DNA of 64,000 bases, from contig JAUCBJ010001551.1 of the NCBI GenBank assembly GCA_032718475.1, forward strand, positions 83,495-147,494. The letters run 5' to 3'. Below, one piece after another: positions 26,610 to 38,389 of the stretch. The notes under the pieces are model-generated. The model ran no database searches. It had not been told where the DNA came from and saw nothing but the letters and a program-made list of their open reading frames with translations. The translations under genes and the position numbers were made by a program. The DNA is from Nemertoderma westbladi. Taxonomy: Eukaryota; Animalia; Xenacoelomorpha. Each line of letters starts with the position of its first letter. The first letter of the stretch is position 1.

Positions 26610-26836
26610 ATGTATGGTGTTGATGGTGTATGGTGTATGAGTGTATGGTGTATGAGTGTATGGTGTATGAGTGTATGGTGTATGAGTGTATGGTGTTGAG
26701 TGTATGGTGTATGGTGTATGGTGTATGAGTGTATGGTGTATGAGTGTATGAGTGTATGGTGTGGTGTATGGTGTTGATGGTGTATGAGTGTATGGTGTGG
26801 TGTATGGTGTTGATGGTGTATGAGTGTATGGTGTTG
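26610..26836. repeat. (TGTATGG/TGTATGAG)n simple repeat
   Basis: Mixed 7-8 nt units, intronic. Confidence 0.9.
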
Positions 26837-26874
26837 ATTAATACAAACATATTCTATGTTGTTATTATTTTTAG

Positions 26875-27016
26875 GACGACGAACCTGATGGAACAATGCG
26901 ACCATCTAATCCTGACAATGATGAAGTTGATGGTCCTGAAGACGACGACATTGCTAGCGATCTGGGTACTATGGTTATTAACAGTGACGATGAAGAAGAT
27001 GAGTCTACAATGAAAC
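26875..27016 (+). CDS. STK3/STK4: Hippo/MST kinase exon 8 (acidic linker)
   Basis: ttttag|GAC GAC GAA...ATG AAA C|gtcagt; SDLGTMVINSDDEEDESTMK matches MST1 SQLGTMVINAEDEEEEGTMK; 142 nt. Confidence 0.92.
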
Positions 27017-27199
27017 GTCAGTTTATCTGGTTTACTTTACTTTACTTTAATACTTTATTTTCTGGGCTTTGTACCAAATAATGCAGCACCTGATTTATTT
27101 ACTTCTCTTTAATACTTTATTTTATGTACCAAGTAATTATTCAGCACCTGATTTATTTACTTCCTGGTATATATCTAATATACAACTACTACCAAAATA

Positions 27200-29722
27200 A
27201 ATGAATAAAGGCATAAAGAATAAATGCATAAAACACATTCTGAATGCTTTCTGCCTATCGTGCCAACTGCACGACCACAGAAGCCATGTTGGATCAAGGC
27301 ATCGGAATATCAACTCTCCGGGTATAGGTCTTATACAGACCAGCTGCTACGGGAAATCCCTTTGCCGTTCGAGTCTGTGTCGTGTCAGGATGTTCATTGT
27401 ACTAACGAGGGTCACATCGCGGATTTGACTGAGTATTATACCCGTATACAGTCGTTGCTCCTACGTTGTATTCCTTGTACAAAGAGTATCGACTGATGAT
27501 TCTCATAATGTTCCCGGATGGAATGATGAAGTTGAACATTTGCATCGAATAGCGCGAATCCTTCCTCGACGGGCGGTCAAGTGGAAGTCCTCGGGAAGGT
27601 CTCCCGTCTCGCTTAATGTCAACAACACGGGTACAATTTAAACGCCGACTCCGGTCAATAAAGCGCAACTCCGATAAGATAAAATCTGATCGTATCGCAA
27701 AAGATTTGTACGATAAATACTGTTACTGTTATAAATTTTGGTCCAAGGTACGGCGTTTAAATAAGCAACAGGTACCACTTCCCCCAACCGTGAATGCTGT
27801 ACTAATAATGAATATAATGAGTACTGAATACTACGAAGGTATCTTTAATATGTTCCCTCGAGAAACCGAGTCTGAATCTCCTAAACCGACTTACAAGGAC
27901 GCGTTTAAGGATATCAAATATGGGGCCGATATGATAATCAAAGCTTCCAAGATAACTGATTCAATCACGAAATTGAGTGCAATAAGGCGGTGGGACCGGA
28001 TAACTTAACAGCTGCACATATTAAGTTTGCCAGTAGCCGCATAGTCACGTGTTTATCTTTGTTATTTAGTGCTTGTAATGTACACGGTGTCCTCCCTAAT
28101 AACCTTATACCGGTCATAACCCGGATAATTAAGGACCAATGCGGTGACATAAAGGACAAGTCTAATTATAGGCCCATATCTATGAGTAATATAATTTGTA
28201 AGGTCCTCGAGCACTTATTTTTATCACGAGTCGAGTCTTCCTTGAACACAACTGATAATCAATTTGGTTTCAAGAAAGGCTCTGGTACAGAACTGTGTGT
28301 GTACACTATAAGGAAATTATTAACTACTGTATTACCTACAACACGGTAATAATGTTTACGTTTATTTTCTGGATGCTTCAAAGGCTTTCGATTGTGTACA
28401 AGTACAACATTCATTATTATTTAAGAAAATTAATTAAGACTAATGTGCCGTTTTTTATTATTCGTATTTTGTCATACATGTATTGCAATCAGTACATGTA
28501 TGTTAAATGGGATGTGGGATGGGCAATTGACATGCCTTACGTTGTTTTAACTGTTCCAACAGTGTCAAACAGGGAAGTCATTTGTCACCGATTTTATTCA
28601 ACTATTTCATAATTATTATTATTATTAACATACACGAGCCGAGGCTCGGTACAGCGTACGTACAACAACAAAAGAAAAACACAAAAAAAGAAGAAGCACA
28701 ATAATGGCCATGGACACTAAAACTAAAAGTATTAAATTGAATACAAACAGAAGAAAGTCATATAGTAACGAAAGGAGTAACCAGTTCTAAGCACTTGACA
28801 CGTAGTCATAATATAAACATTTTATTTCATCCTAACTGAATAAATTAAGTCTTGAACTAACAGACTCTGAATTAGGTTGTATTTTGAATGGCTCGGTAAT
28901 AAATCTGATTTATGCCGATGACATTTGCCTAATTTCAATAAATCCGTGTTCCTTACAGTCTATGATTAATATTAATATATGATATGTGTTGACTTTGTTG
29001 CTAATAATATGGCATTCAATGCTATAAAACAGAGTGTATGTTTTTCCAGAGTAAATTGCGTAACCGTGTAATTATGGCACCTACCTTAAACTTGGACGTT
29101 AAAAGTTTATCTTTTGTAAGCACTTTTAAGTACTTGGGCCATAAGATTTCCTCTGACTTCTCTGATGATATTGACTTACAGAATCAAACGCGATTATTTT
29201 ACTGTAGGCCAATTGATTAATTAGGCAGTTCAGTAACTGTTCTATCAATGTTAAGAAAGTGCTATTTACCTCTTACTGCTCAACAATTTATTGCTGTTCA
29301 CTTTGGTCCGACTTATATTTTCTACAATCGAATTTTAATAAATTACACGTAGCGATTAATAAATGCGTTAGATCACTGTTTCATATTAAAGTATATAATA
29401 GGGACACTGATGAAATTACTAAGTACAAGTCAAATGTTGGTTAATTTAAATATTCGTTCCCTTAAGGGAATTTTTAGACTACCCTATCCCTTTTTAGCTT
29501 GCATAATCGTATAAATTTGTCTTCGAGCTCTATCTTAATTTGTGTCCGAAATACTTGTTGTGCGAAATCAACTATGTACCATACTTTTAAACGATGGTGC
29601 CGATAACTATTTTTGAGTATATTTTATTAATGTTTTTATTTTATTTTATTGTAATTTGTGCCATTAATTTTAGATATGACCATGTTTTGGTTGAAATAAA
29701 TAAATAAATAAATAAAAATAAA
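27200..29722 (+). mobile_element. Decayed non-LTR retrotransposon (LINE) reverse transcriptase in a Hippo intron
   Basis: Frameshifted motifs GPDNL, NYRPIS, NQFGFK, FLDASKAFD, VKQG..LSP, YADD, FKYLG; (AAAT)n tail at about 29695-29722. A ~210-bp insert at 28611-28822 is flanked by TATTTCAT direct repeats. Confidence 0.88.
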
Positions 29723-29807
29723 ATTAACAGTGAAATATACACCGATGTTGTGATGACCACCAACTTTATTTTAACATCATTATACATCTTTATAATATTT
29801 CTTGTAG

Positions 29808-29906
29808 GTTATGACACACAAGATGCCGATTCATCTCCTGGTGTGGCTCCTTATATGGAACAATTTGGGGATAATGCCGATACTCTAACTTCTAAAAATA
29901 GTTCAG
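29808..29906 (+). CDS. STK3/STK4: Hippo/MST kinase exon 9
   Basis: ttgtag|GT TAT GAC...TCA G|gtttat; phase 1/1 fits both neighbours; RYDTQDADSSPGVAPYMEQF resembles MST PSFLEYF; 99 nt. Confidence 0.82.
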
Positions 29907-30090
29907 GTTTATTATACACACTAGCTATTTAGACATATATGCCTACTGTCACACTCACTCACATTCAATCACACTCACACTACAGCAGTTATTAATTTTC
30001 CCTTTCAATTAGTCGTTGATCGGTTGAAAAATATGTGTGTATTAATTTTATAGTTATGTACCGTACGTGTCTATCTATCTATCTATCTTT

Positions 30091-31179
30091 ATGGTATATT
30101 ATTACTTTTGGTTTTTATTTAGGTGACAGTGGTACAGTTGTTGTAATGGTATATTATTAGTTTTGGTTTTTATTTAGGTGACAGTGGTACACAGTTGTCA
30201 TGGTATATTATTACTTTTGGTTTTTAAATAGGTGACAGTGGTACAGTTGTTCTAATGGTATATTATTAGTTTTGGTTTTTATTTAGGTGACAGTGGTACA
30301 GTTGTTGTAATGGTATATTATTACTTTTGGTTTTTATTTAGGTGACAGTGGTACAGTTGTTGTAATGGTATATTATTACTTTTGGTTTTTATTTAGGTGA
30401 CAGTGGTACAGTTGTTGTAATGGTATATTATTACTTTTGGCTTTTATTTAGGTGACAGTGGTACAGTTGTTGTAATGGTATATTATTAGTTTTGGTTTTT
30501 ATTTAGGTGACAGTGGTACACAGTTGTCATGGTATATTATTACTTTTGGTTTTTATTTAGGTGACAGTGGTACAGTTGTTGTAATGGTATATTATTACTT
30601 TTGGTTTTTAAATAGGTGACAGTGGTACAGTTGTTGTAATGGTATATTATTACTTTTGGTTTTTATTTAGGTGACAGTGGTACAGTTGTTGTAATGGTAT
30701 ATTATTACTTTTGGTTTTTATTTAGGTGACAGTGGTACAGTTGTTGTAATGGTATATTATTACTTTTGGTTTTTATTTAGGTGACAGTGGTACAGTTGTA
30801 ATGGTATATTATTACTTTTGGTTTTTATTTAGGTGACAGTGGTACAGTTGTTGTAATGGTATATTATTAGTTTTGGTTTTTATTTAGGTGACAGTGGTAC
30901 ATTTGTTGTAATGGTATATTATTACTTTTGGTTTTTATTTAGGTGACAGTGGTACAGTTGTAATGGTATATTATTACTTTTGGTTTTTATTTAGGTGACA
31001 GTGGTACAGTTGTTGTAATGGTATATTATTACTTTTGGTTTTTATTTAGGTGACAGTGGTACAGTTGTTGTAATGGTATATTATTACTTTTGGTTTTTAT
31101 TTAGGTGACAGTGGTACAGTTGTAATGGTATATTATTACTTTTGGTTTTTATTTAGGTGACAGTGGTACAGTTGTTGTA
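30091..31179 (+). repeat. 55-bp (some 52-bp) tandem array made of the exon-10 acceptor plus exon start, about 20 copies
   Basis: Unit ggtatattattacttttggtttttatttag|GTGACAGTGGTACAGTTGTTGTAAT; the last copy continues as the exon. Confidence 0.95.
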
Positions 31180-31284
31180 GTAGAAGGATCCACTGAATAT
31201 TCTGGCAATGCAGCCGTCCACGAATCCAATATGGGAATGGATCCGGAAGATTTTCAAAAAGTTACTGAAAGTGATTTCAACTTC
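31157..31284 (+). CDS. STK3/STK4: Hippo/MST kinase exon 10
   Basis: atttag|GT GAC AGT GGT...AAC TTC|gtaagt; ends ESDFNF like MST DGDYEF; 128 nt, phases consistent. Confidence 0.85.
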
Positions 31285-31399
31285 GTAAGTCTCAAATAAT
31301 TAAAATTAAATTCAAATTATTAAATTTGATAACAAGAATACGTATACTCTGAGACTGAGAACTATATTATACTTAGGAAATATCTTTATTGATTTCTAG

Positions 31400-31564
31400 A
31401 TAAAGAATCTTTCAGTGGAAGCTGTTAAACGACGAATCTTGTCTCTGGATGGCCACATGGAGGCTGAGATTGAGAAACTGCGGCGCAGATATCAGGCTAA
31501 ACGTCAACCTATTTTAGACGCCATCAGCGCGAAATTATATCGGCCCTACGAAATAAAAACTTAG
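31400..31564 (+). CDS. STK3/STK4: Hippo/MST kinase terminal exon, SARAH domain
   Basis: ttctag|ATA AAG AAT...; IKNLSVEAVKRRILSLDGHMEAEIEKLRRRYQAKRQPILDAISAK...TAG. Confidence 0.95.
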   Translation: MKNLSVEAVKRRILSLDGHMEAEIEKLRRRYQAKRQPILDAISAKLYRPYEIKT

Positions 31565-31575
31565 TTGTCGCTTGT

Positions 31576-31666
31576 AACACCAAGCCGCTCGGAACACCAA
31601 GCCGCTCGGAACACCAAGCCGCTCGGAACACCAAGCCGCTCGGAACACCAAGCCGCTCGGAACACA
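31576..31666. repeat. 17-bp tandem repeat (AACACCAAGCCGCTCGG) x5 in the Hippo 3' UTR
   Basis: Direct copies just after the stop codon. Confidence 0.9.
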
Positions 31667-31942
31667 ATCAGTCAAAGCGAGAATTCGTGGAAGATTGTTT
31701 ACCAGGTTCACAGATAACCGGGGATAACCCGTTAGTCGACGGAACACTCTGGCTTTTTATAAGAATAACCTTTTGTGCACATATACACATCAATTACTGT
31801 ATATCTTGTTTTTGTATAAAGTTTATTGTGGAAATTTGCATTTAGTTCTAATTATATTAATTTCGTAACATTCCTTACGAAACGTTCTACAATAATTCCT
31901 TGACGAAATGTCCGTCAAAAATATTCTTGTCGAAAAATCGTG

Positions 31943-31948
31943 AATAAA
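31943..31948 (+). promoter_or_regulatory. Candidate polyadenylation signal for Hippo
   Basis: AATAAA about 380 nt after the stop codon; position only. Confidence 0.35.
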
Positions 31949-34074
31949 ATAGAACTTAAATCGGACCTTTATTTAAAACCTCTTATAACGTTTTTATAAC
32001 TATTGGGATGGAAAAGTGGAGTTCATATTCGTGTTGGGCAGGAAAACCTGGTCTAGAAAAGTTAATATAATATTGCTTGAAGGGATTATTCCTATTGGTT
32101 TGATGTTTCTTTAAATTGCATAATTTCTGAACCATATCAATTTTAATTTCAATTTAGCCAATAATTATGTACACATTAGGAGACGTTAAACACAGCTCGT
32201 TCCTAATATTGCATATGTTACAATTCTTGCCGATTAGTGGAATGGATACTTCGCTATTACTTACCAACATAGACTCGAGTTCGATCCCGGGCGTATCTGT
32301 TTAATTTTTGCAGATTATAGGCCTATTATATTATTTAGTATCACTTAAAAACTTCAATAACTTAGATCAATTAGACTGGCGAACTTAGATATCCTAAACA
32401 AACTTAGATCCGGGTAAACTTAGATCCCGGTGAACTTATCCTGAGCTATGGGAGTTTTCCTGGTCGCTGGTTGTATTTCTGAGGTCAGTTTTCACCATTA
32501 ATGAAATTTAGTTAGTCCCTATGTCCGTTGGTCGGTCTTTCTGACTATCCGACAAATTTGTCAGTCAAATTGAAGAAAAGAGCGCGCCATCAAGATAACA
32601 TTATAGTTATAGGGGTTTTCAGGCATACAAAGAAACGGCGAGGCCAAATTTGAATACTGACATCAGAAATGAAGTCGCGGAACAAGAAATCCGATATACT
32701 GTAGGATTTTTAAGGATTTTTATAGTACATTAGTATGCTTTGTATTGTTTTGGGGACATACAGACAATGACGGACAGGCCGACAATCAAACGGACAGATA
32801 GCCGTATCTCGAGAAGTAAGACAGATCTTTCTCAAAGGTTTTCCAATTTAGAATCTTGATAAAAATCTGCTCTAAAAGAAATATAAAAAAATTGATTGCC
32901 AATCAATCACCCCCCTTTAACAATTCCCCACCCACAACATACAGGACGCTGACACCGCTTTCGGTCAATGGGTACAACGAGTCAAAGGGAACAAAACGAG
33001 TCAAAGATTACAGGTACAAACAAGGCGGATATTTAGTTCGTGGAATTTCTGACATTATTGCCATCTAGGCCCGAAGGGCCGTTAATTTTTTAAAATTGGC
33101 CCTTCGGACCAATATGTGAATGTAAATATATAATATGTGAATTAATTCAATTTTGAATTAATTTGAAGCGATATAAGTTCAAAATTGCGCTGGTATTTAA
33201 TTGTGTGGTCCATTTGTTATTTAATCTCTATTTATTGTTTAATGTGCATTTAATGTCGCACCTGTTTTTTTGCCATATTTGATGCCTGTTGAACCCTTTC
33301 GTGAGTATCTTTCATGTTACACAGATGTTAAGAATACAGTTAAAAACCACAGAAAGCAATGTATTGAACTATTTTACCTTTTTGCAAAAATTTTGCACTT
33401 TTGCACATTTATTTGTAGGCCTACTCTACAAGTGCACTAAAGATCCTAAAGGTGGTTCCTATTTAACACACTTATGTTTATCCTCTACCGATCTACGATG
33501 GTGTAAGATCAAGTGTCAGTTCCTAAAAGTGTCAAAAAGTGCTATTTAATAAATCGCGACATTTGCGATTTTGGACCATATTCATCGACATTTTAAGTCA
33601 CTTTATTGACATAAAAAGTTAAACAAATGTTAAGATTATACTTAGAAATCACTACAAACTACATTTTAATACAGTGTCGCCATTTCATAATGACTCTATA
33701 CTGAAGCTACACAAAGGAGCAGGGTAAGGGGATTATCTAATAATAACACACACAATCTTACAATCAGATTATTATACTGTACCTACTCCTTAAGAAAACC
33801 ACATTTTAGCTCCCTTAATAGCCTGTAACCGCCTGTGCCAATGTGCCTGTGTCAATGCCTCAGTGGGCGGTCTCCAGTACTGCAAGGCCCAACTCATCTC
33901 GGGGTAAGTTAGCAATCTGCAATAATAAAAATGATAGCGTGCCGACATTTAGTCAGAGCAACCAAATAGATGGCCAATAAAGACAGACAGTATGGATTTA
34001 GCTGAGTAGAGTTAAAACCTACAGTACTTATTGACTTACTTAGAATACACTACGTATTTGTATTTGTTTCAGCC

Positions 34075-34280
34075 CGCCACATTGTCGGCGCAACGTAACG
34101 CCGACACTGTCGGCACAACGTAACGCCGACACTGTCGGCACAACGTAACGCCGACACTGTCGGCCCTCGTAACGCCGACACTGTCGGCACAACGTAACGC
34201 TGACACTGTCGGCACAACGTAGCACCGACACTGTCGGGTCGGCACAACGTTATGCCGACAGACACTGTCGGCACAGCGTT
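34075..34280. repeat. 25-bp tandem repeat with palindromic core CCGACACTGTCGG, about 8 copies
   Basis: CAACGTAACGCCGACACTGTCGGCA repeated head to tail. Confidence 0.9.
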
Positions 34281-34692
34281 AACACCCAACCAATATCCCA
34301 GTCAGTACCTACAAAACACCCCAATAAACCCTGAAACTGAGTCATTAAGTAACCCAAGACAGCCAAGTAAAATAACGCTGTATGTTTTCCATATATAAAA
34401 AGTCTGAAAGTGGCTCCTGTAGTGTGATAGAGCCCAAAATGTAAATTAAACGCGAGCGAAGCGACCGAAATTTTTTGTGGCAAATTCTTGTTCTCACTTC
34501 TGCACTCTGCACGAACTTTAAGAGCTTTGAGAGCGCGAGCACGAGCTTTGAGAGCACTCTCGCTCCGCGCCAAGGCAAGGCACTCAAATCGCGCCAGTCG
34601 CACCGCGCCAGTTTACAATATATTCTGCAAATCGCGAGGACTCTTATACTTCGCTTTCGCACCAGATATATTCTATTCGGGTGACAAACACG

Positions 34693-37600
34693 GAACGTAA
34701 TCAGGATCGAATGTAATATAGTTTTTACAAATCGAACGTAACCTCAATTATGTTACATTGGATCCTATAACTATGTTACATTCGATCCACAAATTACTAA
34801 GCTCGAATGTAACATACATTTATTTTGTTGTGTTTTGATTTCAGGAGTTAACCGATGAAATACTTAGTTTATTTACAGGAAGAAACAGTTTGGTGTTGGT
34901 GAGTACAAAACAAAGACCCACGACCCAATTAAGTAACCTGGCATATTCTTGTAACATGTGTTAATTTTCGTTTATTGTTTTGGTTCCCCCAACACGCCTC
35001 TGTAACCTGCTCCTTTCAGCCTTTAAATAAAAGTAACCTGCATACCAGGTTGGAATTCATGCATGAGCGCGCAGGTACGCGTCGTTGTTTTGAGATCACC
35101 GCGCACCTGAAATTGGCTCTTGGCGCACCTCATCATAATCCGTACAAAGTCATGAGTCATGTAGTAGCTCATTTCATGCATTATCTCAAAAAATCGTACA
35201 GCTCATAAGAACAATTTTACATTCCTTTTTTACAAGTTTGAGCGTTTCATTCAAAGCTTATCGTACTGTAGTATTTTGAATATACATAATAAATTGAACA
35301 GTTAAATGCAACATCAAAATCAATAAATCAATCAATCAAAAAATTGTCACCGGTAATATCAGAATATTAAAAAATATTTTTGTAATCCACTACATTTACA
35401 TTTGAAAATACATTATTCTATACTGCTGTACTGTCTGACTGTATAAAATTTGAATAAATATGAAATACTTCATTCAGTCATTATTATTAGGTACCATACC
35501 AGTAATAATGTGTATAATAAATAGTCTTAACACAGTTGGCTTATATAATCGCAATAATTTTTATTGTCCGTTTAAATCCTTTTTTTGTCCTTTTTTTTTT
35601 ATTTTTTATGTCCTCCAAAAGTCTAATGTTAGGTTCCATGCTACCGGTTTCTCTACTGCTGTTCTCTCAGGCTATCAGTACCGGTATTAGTATATATAGC
35701 ACTATTTTGCTGTATTGTATGTACAGATGTAGGTATAAAGAATGTATTTCTGTATTTTAGTACCGGTACCGGCACCGGTACTGCTATAGGCCTACTGTGT
35801 AGCCTACCATTTAAATACGGTAATGGTAGGCCTACCGGTTGTGCTAATAAATTTTAAATAATTGATAGGCCAAACTGGATTGCAGGATTTTTAAAATGTG
35901 GATATACCTTTCACATAATTTAGGCCTATTACTGTATTAGTTTTATCGTCTCTGTAACCTGCTCCTTTCCCTCAATTAGTTGAATGATCGTTTATTGTTT
36001 TGGTTAGAAAATCCCGCCTCTGTAACCTGCCCCTTTCCCTCAATTAGTTAAATGATCGTTTATTGTTTTGGTTAGAAAATCCCGCCTCTGTAACCTGCTC
36101 CTTTCCCTGAATTGGTAAAGTGACCGTTTATTGTTTTGGTTAGAAAGGCCCGCCTCTGTAACCTGCCCCTTTCCCTCAATTAGTTAAATGATAGTTTATT
36201 GTTTTGGTTAGAAAATCCCGCCTCTGTAACCTGCTCCTTTCCCTCAATTAGTTAAGTGATCGTTTATTGTTTTGGTTAGAAAATTTCGCCTCTCTAACCT
36301 GTCCCTTTCCCTCAATTAGTTAAATGATCGTTTATTGTTTTGGTTAGAAAATCCCGCCTCTGTAACCTGCTCCTTTCCCTCAATAAGTTAAGTGATCGTT
36401 TATTGTTTTGGTTAGAAAATTGTTAGCTTATCCAATTCCGCTAACCAAACCCCATAGAGTGAGCCGTTAAGCCGTTAAGCAATATTGGGAGCACGAGGTT
36501 GATTACCCAACCTCGTGTCACCCCAATAAAGTAGGAAGGAGAAACACACAACGAGGGTCAGGGGCCAAACCCCCAACCGAGAGAGAACACAAGGAGTGAA
36601 GGGAAACACTCCAAAGGGTGCCAACAGGGATATTAGCCAATGGGGGGAAGGCATCGGCTAGGTAATGTAATACGGCCAAACCGTGCAATATATATTACCA
36701 GTTGACTGCATCAGTTATCTCAGTTATCAGTTAGTCAGATCAGTTAGGGTGGAGCGGTAACATCTATTACCGTCCACTACCGCCACCACATCATTCAATC
36801 AGTGTTTACCGGTATATCAGTTATCATCAGTTTAACCGTGCTTGCATTACTCATTTTATTATACTTATACTTATGAACTCCAGAACTCTCAACTTAACTG
36901 ACTCTTTTCATACACACGGCGGGGACGCGTAAATAGACAAACCCAACGGATAAATCGGGATCTGTAGATCCCGTCACAAAAATCCCGCCTCTGTAACCTG
37001 CTCCTTTCCCTCAATTAGTTAAGTGATCGTTTATTGTTTTGGTTAGAAAATCCCGTCTCTGTAACCTGCTCCTTTCCCTGATTTGGTAAAGTGACTGTTT
37101 ATTGTTTTGGTTAGAAAACTCGGCCTTAACCTGCTCCTTTCCATCAATTGGTAATTGTTTTTGGCTATAAAATGAGTGTTTTGCTACGTCATGTGGTAAT
37201 CGATTATCGACAACAACCACAAACTATTAAATATAGAGTCTTTTTACCACAGGCGCATATATGGAAATATATCTCATAGTCTATAAATCATGGAATCATG
37301 GAATGTTTTGGCACAGGCATAGTGAAATCAACTGTCTGACAGTCCAGAAATCAGCAGTCTGACAGTTTGAAGAAATACATACATAAAAAGTCATTAAAAG
37401 GACAATAAAAGTCATTAAATGGACAACAAAAGTCATTATGCATAATTCGTAAAAAAAAATGACAAAAAAAGTCAAATAAAAGGACATAAAAAATCACTGC
37501 CTTATATAATCTGATAATTAAGTCATACTTAATAGGCTGATAGGATAGGAGGCCTACATTTGTTACTTTCTGACTTTACCTGGTTACTAACGTAAACATA

Positions 37601-38034
37601 ATAAATAACAATAGTTAAAATAAATTGATTAATTTTCAGCTCCTATCAATACTGCAATACAGCTTCAATTAATTTGTGTGGTGCGCTGCGCATCAGAGCT
37701 GCGCGCTGTGCGCAACGCGCATCTGTCTCTCCCAAACGCGCAAGGCGCATCTGGTTCGCGGTCATTCGCGCAGGTACCGGTACGCGTCCGATTTTTGCAG
37801 CATGAATTCCAACCTGGCGCTGCATATTCTTGTAACATGTGTTAACTTTCGTTTATTGTTTTGGTTCCCCCAGCTCGCCTCTGTAACGCTCCTTTAAATC
37901 TGTAAATGGCAATGTTACATTCGAGCTTAGTAATTTGTAGATCGAATGTAACATAGTTATAGGATCCAATGTAACATAATTGCAGTTACGTTCGATACGT
38001 AATAACTATTTTACCTTCGATCCTGATTACGTTC
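34693..38034. mobile_element. Non-autonomous element with ~120-bp terminal inverted repeats and an internal ~69-bp tandem array
   Basis: GAACGTAATCAGGATCGAA...AGCTCGAATGTAACAT (34693-34814) is inverted at 37912-38034; CGCCTCTGTAACCTGCTCC units at about 35950-37170. No TSD identified. Confidence 0.7.
36421..36978. mobile_element. Solo LTR
   Basis: TGT...ACA termini and 5-bp TSD AAAAT; cleanly interrupts one unit of the 69-bp array. Confidence 0.8.
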
Positions 38035-38389
38035 GCTCATGTATCCGGCCTACACTGGCTGACTGATTAGGTTACGGTACCGGCGTTACCTACTCAACCT
38101 ACTGAGTTCGTCCCTTTCTGGCAGTCTGGTTAATGACAGAATGAATTGCTGTACCGTAGCCTTCTGTCTGTCTGTCTGTCTGTAGGCCTATACCGGTACT
38201 GCTACACTGTCTGACTGTGTTATAATCCTCCATCCAATTCCTTGTATCCTTGTATTGTGTATTCTCTGTATCCCGGTATTAAAAAACAAACAAAAACAAA
38301 TGTTAAATAGCCTAAACGGTACCGGTAACTGAGTTTAGCACACCATCACCAATTTGAACAAACTACCGGGACCCGTAGTTGATTTTGTT

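Noticed and set aside
32230-32296. Possible functional tRNA genes (also 6081-6153, 55368-55441)
   Set aside because: A/B boxes are present but the cloverleaf stems do not pair; treated as SINE heads or pseudogenes.
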